Shown here piece after piece: positions 50,745 through 60,307 of a stretch of 64,000 nucleotides of DNA. The translations under genes and the position numbers were made by a program. The notes beneath the pieces were generated by a model. That model did not search any database, was not told the DNA's origin, and worked only from the letters and a program-made list of their open reading frames with translations. The first letter of the stretch is position 1. Every line of letters starts with the position of its first letter. Source of the DNA: a virus (taxonomy: Duplodnaviria; Caudoviricetes); IMG/VR virus record IMGVR_UViG_3300020037_008176, positions 38,305 to 102,304 of that record. One strand, given 5' to 3'.

Positions 50745-50957
50745 ATGGAAAAAGATCATCAACACAAAACACTAGGTTCGATACTACATTCATTTATGGC
50801 AGTACTTATTTATTCAATATTAATATATTGGATAATCGAATGGTTTATTAGTGAATTTAAGAAAATTTTTATAGAAAAAAATTACAGTAGATTATTTTTA
50901 CATATTATTTTATGGGGAATGGTTTATTTTATTTTAAGTCAAGAAAAAACAATTTAA
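50745..50957 (+). CDS. Small membrane protein
   Basis: Two hydrophobic segments; promoter motif upstream. Confidence 0.65.
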   Translation: MEKDHQHKTLGSILHSFMAVLIYSILIYWIIEWFISEFKKIFIEKNYSRLFLHIILWGMVYFILSQEKTI

Positions 50958-50978
50958 TATACAAATAAAAATAAATTT

Positions 50979-51227
50979 ATGTCGAAAGAGAAAGGTCCCA
51001 TTACTAAGTTGTGGTTAGAATCTAGAAAATTGATTGAAGAAAAGAATTTTGAAAAAGCAGAAGAAACACTTGATAAGGGAATATATCTAATAGCAAGTAC
51101 CTCTCAAAAAGATAAAGATTTAATTGAAGGAGTAAAAAAAGAAACATGGTTAGAAAGATATTGGATAAGTTTGGAAAATAATATTTGGCCATTAAGAGAA
51201 GATTATGAAGAAAACTGGAAATGTTAA
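50979..51227 (+). CDS. Hypothetical protein
   Basis: 82-aa ORF. Confidence 0.7.
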   Translation: MSKEKGPITKLWLESRKLIEEKNFEKAEETLDKGIYLIASTSQKDKDLIEGVKKETWLERYWISLENNIWPLREDYEENWKC

Positions 51228-51230
51228 GTT

Positions 51231-51530
51231 ATGAGTAGACCTAGAAAATATGAATATGGAAAAGTGTCATTGAAATTTGATTTTAATGAATCGGATTGTT
51301 TAGAGGTTGAATATAAACCTGGAAACTGGACAAGAGTAACAGCGAATGAATTTCGTTCCTATAATAAACCTAGACGCATTCTTATTGGTGAAAAATATAA
51401 AGAATATAATGGTCCTATATATTTATTTGGGACGAATATTATAAGTAACAATTCTTCTCAAGGAATACAATTTCCAAATAATATAGATCCAAGAACACAG
51501 TGTGGTAGTAAATTAAATGGTAGGGTATAG
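51231..51530 (+). CDS. Hypothetical protein
   Basis: 99-aa ORF. Confidence 0.7.
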   Translation: MSRPRKYEYGKVSLKFDFNESDCLEVEYKPGNWTRVTANEFRSYNKPRRILIGEKYKEYNGPIYLFGTNIISNNSSQGIQFPNNIDPRTQCGSKLNGRV

Positions 51531-51572
51531 GAAAGTGTTTTAGTTTTATTAACTATTTAACTTATTTATACC

Positions 51573-51764
51573 ATGATCTTAAAATTTAAATTGTTTATCG
51601 CTAAATATGTGAATCCAGATTTAGAAAAAGAATTAAAAAAAGAAACTCTTAGAAGAAAAGAATTAGAAGAAATGTTAGAGAAGATTTTATATAATGAAAA
51701 ATTAAAACTTCCAACAAAAACTACATTAGATATATTTGAATGTCTTCACAAAGAAGAAAATTAA
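51573..51764 (+). CDS. Hypothetical protein
   Basis: 63-aa ORF. Confidence 0.6.
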   Translation: MILKFKLFIAKYVNPDLEKELKKETLRRKELEEMLEKILYNEKLKLPTKTTLDIFECLHKEEN

Positions 51765-51816
51765 AAATTAGGATTTTATAAATCCTAAACATATATTAAA
51801 ATAAAAAATAAAGGTT

Positions 51817-53388
51817 ATGATACAAACAGAAGTAGTAGATGCTGGAAAATATATAGTTACTTTAGAATTTCTTAATAATTTTAAAGGAAACTGTGGTAAA
51901 GAAAATTATTGTTTTAAACAAAGAGTTACTTCTAATTGTATGAATCCTGAGGTGGATTTAGCAGGATCTAAAAGTAATGGTCATGGAATATTAACTTTTA
52001 ATGGTTCGGAATGGTTGAAAAAATGGAGATATGCTACTGAAGCAGAAAAAGTAGAATATGATAGATTAGGTAAACCTTATGATGTAACAACTCTTTTATC
52101 TACTTCAAATAATAATTCAAAACCAGGATATTTTGAGAAAGGATCATATGTAGTGAGTTTATTTGATAATGCACTTTGTATTGGAGGTTTTAATAAAGGA
52201 TGTATAGCAAGAGTCACTAAAAATGGTGGTGGTGGAGGTGGGTTAGAATTTAACAATAAAAATTGGTTTGGAAATAGTGCAGATGATAAAGGAGGTCTTA
52301 TTAAATGGTTTGCTACGTTAGAAGAAGCTACAAAATTTTCAAATGAATTATTAGGAGTAAAATCCAAGGAACAAAAATTTGATAATAACAAATGGTATAG
52401 AGTAGGAGGAACTATTTCTGGAAAATATTATGTTAAAGGAAAAATAGATGATTCTTTTTTGGATAGTTTTGATGAATATATTTATAATGAATCTTATCAT
52501 GAATGTAGAATAAATCTAGGATCAATAGGTACTTATAATTATAAAGAGGTTAATTTGGTAGAGGTAATGGATTATCTTCCATATAATCATCCTGATAAAC
52601 TCCTAAAAGCAAAAGAAGAATCAGAATATTTTTATATTAAATACGATGAATCAATTTCAGAACTACAATTTGATCAATTATGTGAAGTTTTAACCAAAAA
52701 ATATGGGAAATTTACTCCACATTGTGGTTGGCAGATGAATTTTGAAATGTTTAAAATGCAAAAATTCATCAGAACTAAAAATCAAAGTTGGTATCATGAG
52801 GTAAATTGGTGTATAGACAATAATGAACAAGGAATAAAAAAACAAAAATCAATTTATGATTTTATTGGTAAAACTACTTACAATCCTCATACATTTGAAC
52901 CAGTAAGTGGAACCAAACCCAACACCTCTACAGAGAGTTTACCTCAAATGGAAGTTGGAAAATGGTATGAATTAATTTCAACAATTACTGGTGATAGATG
53001 GATAATTAAATTTAAGGAAAAAACTTCTACTTTAATTACAGTATTTAAAGCTTCAACTCCTCATGATAATTATAAAGATTTAGGGGGAGGTGGTGGATTT
53101 GTTATTACTCAAGTAAAAAATGTAAGACAATTAACTGATTTAAGTGAAGTATTTAGATTATTTCCTGAGGAAAAAATTGATGGAAAGGCTAGTGACTTTG
53201 TTGGTGGTGGAGAAGATTGGTTGAATTTCAAAGATTGTATAACTATAAGTGTAAATAATAATAACTATAATTATAGTGTAGATCCAATAAAATCATTACC
53301 TCTACCAAAAACATTAAAACATCAGTCTCCTTATATACTGAAAGAAAAAACCAAAAAGTCTAATAAATTTATTAGGATTACAAAATAA
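51817..53388 (+). CDS. Large modular hypothetical protein
   Basis: 523-aa ORF with its own promoter motif; recurring KWY/G.Y modules and poly-Gly linkers. Confidence 0.8.
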   Translation: MIQTEVVDAGKYIVTLEFLNNFKGNCGKENYCFKQRVTSNCMNPEVDLAGSKSNGHGILTFNGSEWLKKWRYATEAEKVEYDRLGKPYDVTTLLSTSNNNSKPGYFEKGSYVVSLFDNALCIGGFNKGCIARVTKNGGGGGGLEFNNKNWFGNSADDKGGLIKWFATLEEATKFSNELLGVKSKEQKFDNNKWYRVGGTISGKYYVKGKIDDSFLDSFDEYIYNESYHECRINLGSIGTYNYKEVNLVEVMDYLPYNHPDKLLKAKEESEYFYIKYDESISELQFDQLCEVLTKKYGKFTPHCGWQMNFEMFKMQKFIRTKNQSWYHEVNWCIDNNEQGIKKQKSIYDFIGKTTYNPHTFEPVSGTKPNTSTESLPQMEVGKWYELISTITGDRWIIKFKEKTSTLITVFKASTPHDNYKDLGGGGGFVITQVKNVRQLTDLSEVFRLFPEEKIDGKASDFVGGGEDWLNFKDCITISVNNNNYNYSVDPIKSLPLPKTLKHQSPYILKEKTKKSNKFIRITK

Positions 53389-53462
53389 GTTAGTGTATAT
53401 TTAAATCAATAAAGTAAAATAAGAACAATTAATAATTAAAAACAAAAATCAAAAAAACAGTT

Positions 53463-53822
53463 ATGGAAAACAAAGAACCAAAAGCAACAGGATTAAGTAA
53501 ATTCGTTAAAGCAACAGTAGCATTTTTAACAGGTGATAGTGATACCACTTTAGCTTTGAAAAATGAACGTTTGGCTAAAGCATCTATCAAAGGACAGTTA
53601 AGTGCTTTAGAAGGACAACTTGTTACAAATGAAGTAAAAGTTGAAAACGCTAAAGAAGCATTAGAAAAAGCTACACATCCAACAACATTGATCTCAGATC
53701 AAGAAAGATATGTAAAAAATATCTTGGATGCTGAGGAAAATTTAAGAGCAGCTAAAGAAACTCTTGAATCAACTCAAAGCACGATTGATTACTTGAATAC
53801 TCTTTTAGATTCTAAATTCTAA
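53463..53822 (+). CDS. Coiled-coil hypothetical protein (monocistronic)
   Basis: Heptad-rich; flanked by a promoter motif and a terminator. Confidence 0.75.
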   Translation: MENKEPKATGLSKFVKATVAFLTGDSDTTLALKNERLAKASIKGQLSALEGQLVTNEVKVENAKEALEKATHPTTLISDQERYVKNILDAEENLRAAKETLESTQSTIDYLNTLLDSKF

Positions 53823-53835
53823 AAAACATCATTAC

Positions 53836-53870
53836 AATCACCCCCATTAATTTTGGGGGTGATTTTACAT
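53836..53870 (+). terminator. Rho-independent terminator
   Basis: AATCACCCCC-attaatttt-GGGGGTGATT followed by a T-rich tract. Confidence 0.8.
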
Positions 53871-53898
53871 TTAATTATTCTTATTTAATAAAAGTTAT

Positions 53899-54654
53899 AT
53901 GATTCTTATAGGAAGCAAAGCAATAAAACATTGGTATCCAGATTTTAACAGAGAACCTAAAGATACAGATTATATTGTTTATAAACCAAATATTTTAGAG
54001 AATGAAAAATCAATAGAATATTTGGAAAATCCAATAATTTTTAATAAATATAAAGATACCGATAAATTAGTTTTATCATCAAATGATTTAACTACTTTAA
54101 AGGCATCTCACTTAATGTGGAATATTAATTGGGATAAACATATGTTTGATTTACAATTTCTTCTTAAAAAAGGAAATAAAATAGAAGAACCACTATTTTG
54201 GGAATTATATGATTATTGGAATGAATATCATGGAAAAAATAAACGTAGTGATTTAAATATGTCTAAAGATGATTTTTTCACTAATGCTATAAATTACGAT
54301 GTAGCTGAACATGATGATTTACATTTAATCATTAATCCAATTCCTATTTACACTAAAATTTTAAAAGATGGATGTGAGGTAGAATTAGATGTTGAAAAAT
54401 ATAAAGCTTTATCTCATGAAGATAAATTGGATTTAGTTAGAGAAGAAGTGATGGTAATGGCTTTCGAAAGATATAAAAAATTAAATTATAAAATTGCTTA
54501 TTCTAAAATGTTAAAGAAATTTATCATAAATCATGCTCCTAAATTTACTTTAATTTTTATTTTAGAAAATTATATTGAATTACAAAAACCACCAAAAATT
54601 AATTTCATAGAAACAATAAATAATAAAATAAAAAATGAAAAAACAATCAATTAG
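53899..54654 (+). CDS. Nucleotidyltransferase-like phage protein
   Basis: N-terminal LIGS.A..........KDTDY (GS..DxD). Confidence 0.55.
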   Translation: MILIGSKAIKHWYPDFNREPKDTDYIVYKPNILENEKSIEYLENPIIFNKYKDTDKLVLSSNDLTTLKASHLMWNINWDKHMFDLQFLLKKGNKIEEPLFWELYDYWNEYHGKNKRSDLNMSKDDFFTNAINYDVAEHDDLHLIINPIPIYTKILKDGCEVELDVEKYKALSHEDKLDLVREEVMVMAFERYKKLNYKIAYSKMLKKFIINHAPKFTLIFILENYIELQKPPKINFIETINNKIKNEKTIN

Positions 54655-54931
54655 TATAGAAGTTCTTAACGAACTATTATCAAGCTCAACAAGAAGAAAA
54701 TATTTAGTAACTAAAGGAGATGGTCATAAAGGAGTTCCTGAAGATTATGATGGATATCAAGGAGAATATAATGAAACTTTTGAATATTATAAACATCCAC
54801 AACTTCCTGAAAGTTTATTTCTACAAATAACTTACAGAACTGATAGTTATGGAGATAATAACTCCATTCACGAAATGAAATTCGTTGAAGGAAAAGAAAA
54901 AACAATCACAATTTACGAACCAATTAACTAA
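54635..54931 (+). CDS. Hypothetical protein, partial paralog of 54941-55408
   Basis: Shared C-terminus KEKTIT(I/V)YE. Confidence 0.7.
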   Translation: MKKQSISIEVLNELLSSSTRRKYLVTKGDGHKGVPEDYDGYQGEYNETFEYYKHPQLPESLFLQITYRTDSYGDNNSIHEMKFVEGKEKTITIYEPIN

Positions 54932-54940
54932 TAATTACAC

Positions 54941-55408
54941 ATGGAAAAATTAGATTTTAACCAAATTATTGAAATTTTAAAACAAAATTTTGATCAAGTT
55001 GATGATTTTGGATATGAAGAAATTCCTTATGATACAGAAAATTTTTCTTCCAAAGCTTTAGATGCCCAAAATAAATTGGATAAATGGCTTTTAGATAATC
55101 CTAACCCAGGATATGGAAAACATTATGATAAATGGTATAAAGAATATAATTCTTTACCTACAAAATACTCAGTAGCTAGAGATGAGTGGTTTGAAAAAGT
55201 AGGAATTAAATGGGAAGAAGTAGAACAATATGGTGGAGAAGGACAAGGAAGCACTTGGTATTCAGTAAAATATTTCCCAAATCATGATGTTTATATTCGT
55301 GTTGATGGATATTATTCTTCATATAATGGAACTGATTTTGATGGGTGGGATGATTGTACTGAGGTTCGTCCTAAAGAAAAAACAATCACAGTTTACGAAT
55401 CAAAATAA
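54941..55408 (+). CDS. Hypothetical protein
   Basis: GGEGQG, GYYSSYNG, EVRPKEKTITVYE. Confidence 0.75.
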   Translation: MEKLDFNQIIEILKQNFDQVDDFGYEEIPYDTENFSSKALDAQNKLDKWLLDNPNPGYGKHYDKWYKEYNSLPTKYSVARDEWFEKVGIKWEEVEQYGGEGQGSTWYSVKYFPNHDVYIRVDGYYSSYNGTDFDGWDDCTEVRPKEKTITVYESK

Positions 55409-55416
55409 TAATAATG

Positions 55417-55448
55417 AAGTGGGGGATTTAAAACATCCTCCACTTTTA
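55417..55448 (+). terminator. Probable rho-independent terminator
   Basis: AAGTGGGGGAT-ttaaaac-ATCCTCCACTT, then TT. Confidence 0.65.
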
Positions 55449-55461
55449 AAAATAAATAAAA

Positions 55462-55728
55462 ATGGCATATATAACACCTGAAGTTGATGATATTTATTTA
55501 TCACCTGATGATTTTTTTGAGGAAATGAGTGAGAGAGAAAAAGAAGAAATGTATGATATTCTAGTTGAAAATGGTTATGGAGAATCATTTATTGATTATT
55601 ATCAACACCAACCTTCAAATATAATTGAGTGGGAATTTGATGCTATTATTAAAAAAATAGCTTCAAATAGATTAAGATTAACTAGTGAAGAAGAAGAAAT
55701 TTTACAAAAAATAGCATCAAGATTTTAA
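55462..55728 (+). CDS. Hypothetical acidic protein
   Basis: 88-aa ORF. Confidence 0.7.
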   Translation: MAYITPEVDDIYLSPDDFFEEMSEREKEEMYDILVENGYGESFIDYYQHQPSNIIEWEFDAIIKKIASNRLRLTSEEEEILQKIASRF

Positions 55729-55732
55729 AAAA

Positions 55733-56146
55733 ATGAATAGACAAATAGTACTAAATAGAATTCGTACTCCAGATGGTACAATTTTAATTTCTTATCATCG
55801 TCATGATTATAAAACCCACCTAGATAAAAATGGGTTAGAATATATGGTTGATGGAGGAACAGAATATTTGAGAAGAAATATTAATGAAGAAGCACCTTAT
55901 GAAGAACTTACTTTATATTTAGATGATCCTTTTGAAATATTAAGAGAAAATGTTTGTAGAGGTGGAAGAGGGAAAGATGGTAAACAACCTTTAACATGGG
56001 TTCCTCTAAATCAAATGAGCGATGAATGGGTAAAAGCTTGTATTGATTATAACAAAACATTGGGTTTAGATAATAGTACTTCTTCTCAACTATATAGAAA
56101 AGAATTAGCTTATCGTATTGAGAATAATATAACTATTTCTGAATAA
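55733..56146 (+). CDS. Hypothetical phage protein
   Basis: 137 aa; TPDGT..S.HRHDY, YMVDGG..YLRR. Confidence 0.75.
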   Translation: MNRQIVLNRIRTPDGTILISYHRHDYKTHLDKNGLEYMVDGGTEYLRRNINEEAPYEELTLYLDDPFEILRENVCRGGRGKDGKQPLTWVPLNQMSDEWVKACIDYNKTLGLDNSTSSQLYRKELAYRIENNITISE

Positions 56147-56202
56147 CTTACTAGGATTACAAAATCCTAAGATGTATATTTAAATAAATTAAAATAAAGG
56201 TT

Positions 56203-56778
56203 ATGAAAAAATTTAAATTATTTTATTTGAATAGTGAAAATCTTTCACTAAAACCAGTTCCATTATATCACTACTTAACACTCCCAGTAATAGGATTATT
56301 ATTAGGATTAGGATTGGGAATGGTTTATGATATTAAAGAACATAAATTAAAATTAATAAGTGAAGAAGAAAAACTTATTATTATTAAAGAACACAACAAA
56401 TTTAGTGAAGAAAAATTAATTTCTAAAATTAAAGAACTTAATATTAAATTCCCACATATAGTATTAGCTCAATCTAAACTCGAAACTGGTAATTTCACCA
56501 GTAAAGTATTTAAAGAAGGAAATAACCTATTTGGTATGAGAGAAGCTAAACAACGAATTACTACAGCATTAGGTACTGAAAATAATCATGCTTTTTATGA
56601 AACATGGATGGAATCAGTTTATGATTTTTCTTTTCATCAATGTAAATATCTTTCAAATATTACTAATGAAGAACAATACTTCCAGTATTTGGGACAAAAT
56701 TATGCAGAAGATACAACATATGTATCCAAATTAAGAAATCTTATCAAAAAGGAAAACTTAAAAGATTTATTTAAGTAA
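56203..56778 (+). CDS. Membrane-anchored glucosaminidase (GH73) peptidoglycan hydrolase
   Basis: N-terminal TM helix; LAQSKLETG, NNLFGM, YAED..Y..KL. Confidence 0.85.
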   Translation: MKKFKLFYLNSENLSLKPVPLYHYLTLPVIGLLLGLGLGMVYDIKEHKLKLISEEEKLIIIKEHNKFSEEKLISKIKELNIKFPHIVLAQSKLETGNFTSKVFKEGNNLFGMREAKQRITTALGTENNHAFYETWMESVYDFSFHQCKYLSNITNEEQYFQYLGQNYAEDTTYVSKLRNLIKKENLKDLFK

Positions 56779-56802
56779 ACATTTCCCTCCACTCCATTTG
56801 AA

Positions 56803-56810
56803 TATTTATA
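56803..56810 (+). promoter_or_regulatory. Representative class B promoter-like motif TAT(T/G)TAT(A), probably late
   Basis: Occurs at 275, 3634, 5753, 10737, 12518, 24647, 26220, 31170, 37198, 45030, 47416, 47907, 48669, 49925, 56803; except 275, all within about 30 nt of a start codon. Confidence 0.7.
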
Positions 56811-56825
56811 ATAAAATATTTATAA

Positions 56826-58814
56826 ATGGCTTTATCATTATCAAAAACCGGTATAACAACCGGAAACACAATCCAATCATGGCACGTAACACAAAGTATT
56901 GATGCTTTAACTGGAACAGTAGCATATGATATTAATGTTAGTGGTAGTATCGCTTTAACAGGTTCCCTATCATCTGGACAAAATTCAACCCCTACTGGTA
57001 ATTATTCTCATGCTGAAGGTTCAGCAACAATAGCTTCAGGTTCTTTTTCTCATTCTGAAGGAACAAGTAATACAGCAAATGGGGATTATTCCCATACAGA
57101 AGGAGATGGAACCAATGCAAATGGATATGCTTCTCATGCTGAAGGAGAATCTACAACAACAATTGGAGATGCTTCCCATGCTGAAGGTCAATCAACACAA
57201 GCTCTTGGTGAATATTCTCATGCTGAAGGAAGAGAAACAATTGCTTCAGGTTCATATTCACATGCTGAGGGTAATCTTACAATTGCAATTGGTTTTGCAT
57301 CTCATGCTGAAGGTCAATCAACACAAACTGAAGGTATTTCTTCTCATAGTGAAGGTTTAACTAATTATACATATGGAAATTTTTCCCATGCTGAAGGAAG
57401 TTTTAATATTGCAACGGGAGATGGCTCCCATGTAGAAGGTGAATTTTGTAACACATTTGGTGATTCATCCCACGCAGAAGGATATCATACAGATACGTTT
57501 GGAATAAGTTCCCATGCCGAAGGAGCATTTTCAACTGCATCAGCAGATTATTCCCATGCCGAAGGAGAAGGATCATTAACATATGGAAGAAGTTCCCATG
57601 CCGAAGGATATTACACAACTACATATGGGACATGTTCACATGCTGAAGGTAACACAACAATTGCCTCAGGTTCATATTCACATGCTGAGGGATTTGAGTC
57701 TATAAGTAAAGGTAGTTATTCACATACAGAAGGAAATACAACCCAAACAGTTGGATCATTTTCCCATGCTGAGGGTAGTGGTACCATTGCTATTGGGGAT
57801 GAATCCCATGCTGAAGGGATTGGTACTGTTTCTTTAGGAGGTGGTTCCCATTCAGAAGGTGGATACACTATAGCCTCAGGTAGTGAATCTCATGCTGAAG
57901 GTTCTAACACTGTTGCTTTAGGTTTTTATTCACATGCCGAGGGAACTTATACTCAAGCAAAAGGGGAAGGATCCCATGCCGAGGGAGATAATACTATAGC
58001 ATTGGGAGATAATTCACATGCTGAAGGAGGGCTCACTCAAGCATTGGGTATTGGATCACATGCTGAAGGTCACACAACAATTGCTTCAGGTATTACTTCA
58101 CATGCTGAAGGTTATTTTACAGAAGCAGAAGGTAATAATTCTCATACAGAGGGACGACAAACCAAAACAATAGGTCAATTCTCTCATGCTGAAGGATATA
58201 ATACTACATCAAGTGGAGAATCTTCCCATGCTGAAGGAGAAGGAACCCTTTCTTTAGGTTATGCTTCACATGCTGAAGGTTATCATACTCTAGCCTCTGG
58301 AGCCCATTCTCATGCTGGAGGATTTTATACCATTGCTTCAGGTTCTTACTCTCATGCTGGGGGACAATCTAGCATATCAATTGGAGATTATTCATGTGCT
58401 TTAGGATCGGAAACAATTGCTATTGGGATAGCTTCTCTTGCTATAGGTAGACAAACAATAACCAATGGTAATTATTCATATGCTGGGGGGAATTTAAGTA
58501 AAACAGTAGGTTCTTATTCCCATGCCGAGGGCCAACAAGTTATTTCCTCAGGATCATATCAATATACTATAGGTAAATTTAATACTCATGGAGATAACAC
58601 TTCATTATTTATTGTTGGAAATGGTACAGCAGATGGGGCTAGAAAAGATGCATTCAAAGTTAGAATGTCAGGTTCTATTGTTTTACCAACAACGGCAAGT
58701 GCCGCTCCATCTTGGACAGGAACAGATGGAGAAATAGTACCAGCAACAGTAGGAGGTACATTTTATTTATATATGTGGATGAGTGGTGCTTGGAGAAGTG
58801 GTTCATTTGTTTAA
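56826..58814 (+). CDS. Tail fibre / trimeric-adhesin-like protein with SHAEG repeats
   Basis: About 37 tandem 14-aa units, then G.FN..LFIVGNGT...R.DAF; TATTTATA motif upstream. Confidence 0.8.
   Translation: MALSLSKTGITTGNTIQSWHVTQSIDALTGTVAYDINVSGSIALTGSLSSGQNSTPTGNYSHAEGSATIASGSFSHSEGTSNTANGDYSHTEGDGTNANGYASHAEGESTTTIGDASHAEGQSTQALGEYSHAEGRETIASGSYSHAEGNLTIAIGFASHAEGQSTQTEGISSHSEGLTNYTYGNFSHAEGSFNIATGDGSHVEGEFCNTFGDSSHAEGYHTDTFGISSHAEGAFSTASADYSHAEGEGSLTYGRSSHAEGYYTTTYGTCSHAEGNTTIASGSYSHAEGFESISKGSYSHTEGNTTQTVGSFSHAEGSGTIAIGDESHAEGIGTVSLGGGSHSEGGYTIASGSESHAEGSNTVALGFYSHAEGTYTQAKGEGSHAEGDNTIALGDNSHAEGGLTQALGIGSHAEGHTTIASGITSHAEGYFTEAEGNNSHTEGRQTKTIGQFSHAEGYNTTSSGESSHAEGEGTLSLGYASHAEGYHTLASGAHSHAGGFYTIASGSYSHAGGQSSISIGDYSCALGSETIAIGIASLAIGRQTITNGNYSYAGGNLSKTVGSYSHAEGQQVISSGSYQYTIGKFNTHGDNTSLFIVGNGTADGARKDAFKVRMSGSIVLPTTASAAPSWTGTDGEIVPATVGGTFYLYMWMSGAWRSGSFV
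56995..58540 (+). repeat. Degenerate 42-nt coding tandem repeat (core TCNCATGCTGAAGG)
   Basis: Constant 14-codon period with synonymous variation in the core. Confidence 0.9.
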
Positions 58815-58826
58815 AAATTATATATC

Positions 58827-59438
58827 ATGGTGGATGAAGAAAAAGCATTCCTGAAGATAGTCAAAGCAAAATGTAAAGAACATAATGTAGAACTCATCTT
58901 ACAGAGAACTAAAAAAGTTAAATTATCTGATGAAATTAAGGTTGGAGGTTATTTTGAAGAAATTAATAAAAAACAAGGTAGACTTGTTTGTGCTTTAAAA
59001 AACCCACAATACTTAAGTATTTTAGTTCATGAATTTTCTCATATGGAACAATGGGTGGAACAAATAGATATTTGGAAAAAACTTTCAAAATGTAATGGTA
59101 TTGATGATTGGTTGGAAGGAAAAAATGTAAAAAACATTTTTAAACAATTGGATTATATGAAATTATTAGAATTGGATTGTGAGAAAAGAGCAGTTCAAAA
59201 CATTAAAAAATATAATTTACCCATAGATATTCCATCATACATTCAAAAAGCTAACAGCTATGTATTTTTCTACAATTATATAAAAGAAACTCGTAAATGG
59301 AGTAAACCAGGTAATGCCCCATTTTCACCAAAAAACGAATCGTTGTGGGGGTTATGTCCATCAACATTCAAACCAGATTCATATTACGAAACCATACCTA
59401 AAAAAATTCACAATAAATTTATAGAATTAGATATATGA
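58827..59438 (+). CDS. Zincin-like metallopeptidase
   Basis: ILVHEFSHMEQ (HExxH), downstream ELDCE. Confidence 0.65.
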   Translation: MVDEEKAFLKIVKAKCKEHNVELILQRTKKVKLSDEIKVGGYFEEINKKQGRLVCALKNPQYLSILVHEFSHMEQWVEQIDIWKKLSKCNGIDDWLEGKNVKNIFKQLDYMKLLELDCEKRAVQNIKKYNLPIDIPSYIQKANSYVFFYNYIKETRKWSKPGNAPFSPKNESLWGLCPSTFKPDSYYETIPKKIHNKFIELDI

Positions 59439-59677
59439 TAAACCAAACATTAGCTGATATTCGTTTTTTAGAAAAACAATTAGATGAATTAACAATGGAT
59501 GTTAAACATAAGGCTACTCTATATTCGAAAAATTCTGAAGAAGTAATAGAAGCTTCCAAAATACTCAAAACAAACCTAATTCACCCACATTCAGACCTAA
59601 AAGAATGTTATTGGTTTATTTATAAAAGCCCCCTAAATCCAAAAATTTCCATTAGAGTTAAAGGTCCTATAATTTAA
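59435..59677 (+). CDS. Hypothetical protein
   Basis: 80-aa ORF. Confidence 0.6.
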   Translation: MINQTLADIRFLEKQLDELTMDVKHKATLYSKNSEEVIEASKILKTNLIHPHSDLKECYWFIYKSPLNPKISIRVKGPII

Positions 59678-59739
59678 ATTTGCTTTCATATAAAAATTTT
59701 CATATACTAATAGTGTTAAAATAAGTTATAAATAAAAAA

Positions 59740-59976
59740 ATGAAAATTAAAATGAAAAGTAAACAATTAAAGCGAAGAATGAATAGCACTGCTATTTTAT
59801 CTTTTTACAACAGTCGTGATTTAAAAGGAGATAACACTCGTTTATCAAAAGCTACTGGTTATTCTGAATCTCATATTTCTAATATGAAATCTGGAAAAAG
59901 AAGTATCAATGATAGAGTTGCGAATGCTATGTATTCAATTTCTCGTAGACGTGTTAAACAAAGCGTTGAAGCTTAA
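59740..59976 (+). CDS. Small HTH DNA-binding protein (monocistronic)
   Basis: TRLSKATGYSESHISNMKSGKR resembles an XRE HTH; own promoter motif and terminator. Confidence 0.65.
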   Translation: MKIKMKSKQLKRRMNSTAILSFYNSRDLKGDNTRLSKATGYSESHISNMKSGKRSINDRVANAMYSISRRRVKQSVEA

Positions 59977-60001
59977 TACAAACACTTCTTATTGATTTCC
60001 C

Positions 60002-60030
60002 AAGGTGGTCCAAAAGACCACCTTTTACAT
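60002..60030 (+). terminator. Rho-independent terminator
   Basis: AAGGTGGTC-caaaa-GACCACCTT followed by TTACATTTT. Confidence 0.8.
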
Positions 60031-60070
60031 TTTACTTGGATTACAGAAAAAATTTTCTTATATTTAAATA

Positions 60071-60307
60071 ATGGAAAAATTAGAAATCTTTGTTAATCGT
60101 ATGAAAAAATTAGGGATTGATGTGGAATTAATCCACAATTATCCTTGGATTTACATTTATAAAATAAATGGAAAAAGAGTAACTGAAAGATTCGAAGCAG
60201 AATGGGGATTCACAATTGCATTTTTACCAGTAAGGAGAGATTTACCATTCCATTTTACTAACATAAATGAGATATTTAAGTTAATTAGAAAATATATTAA
60301 AAAATGA
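60071..60307 (+). CDS. Hypothetical protein
   Basis: 78-aa ORF after a promoter motif. Confidence 0.7.
   Translation: MEKLEIFVNRMKKLGIDVELIHNYPWIYIYKINGKRVTERFEAEWGFTIAFLPVRRDLPFHFTNINEIFKLIRKYIKK

Noticed and set aside
56995-58540. Regularly spaced TCNCATGCTGAAGG repeat resembling a CRISPR array
   Set aside because: The period is exactly 14 codons inside one ORF, repeats vary at synonymous positions, and the intervening sequences are similar to one another.
51817-58814. Diversity-generating retroelement target or template
   Set aside because: No reverse transcriptase and no adenine-mismatched repeat pair seen.
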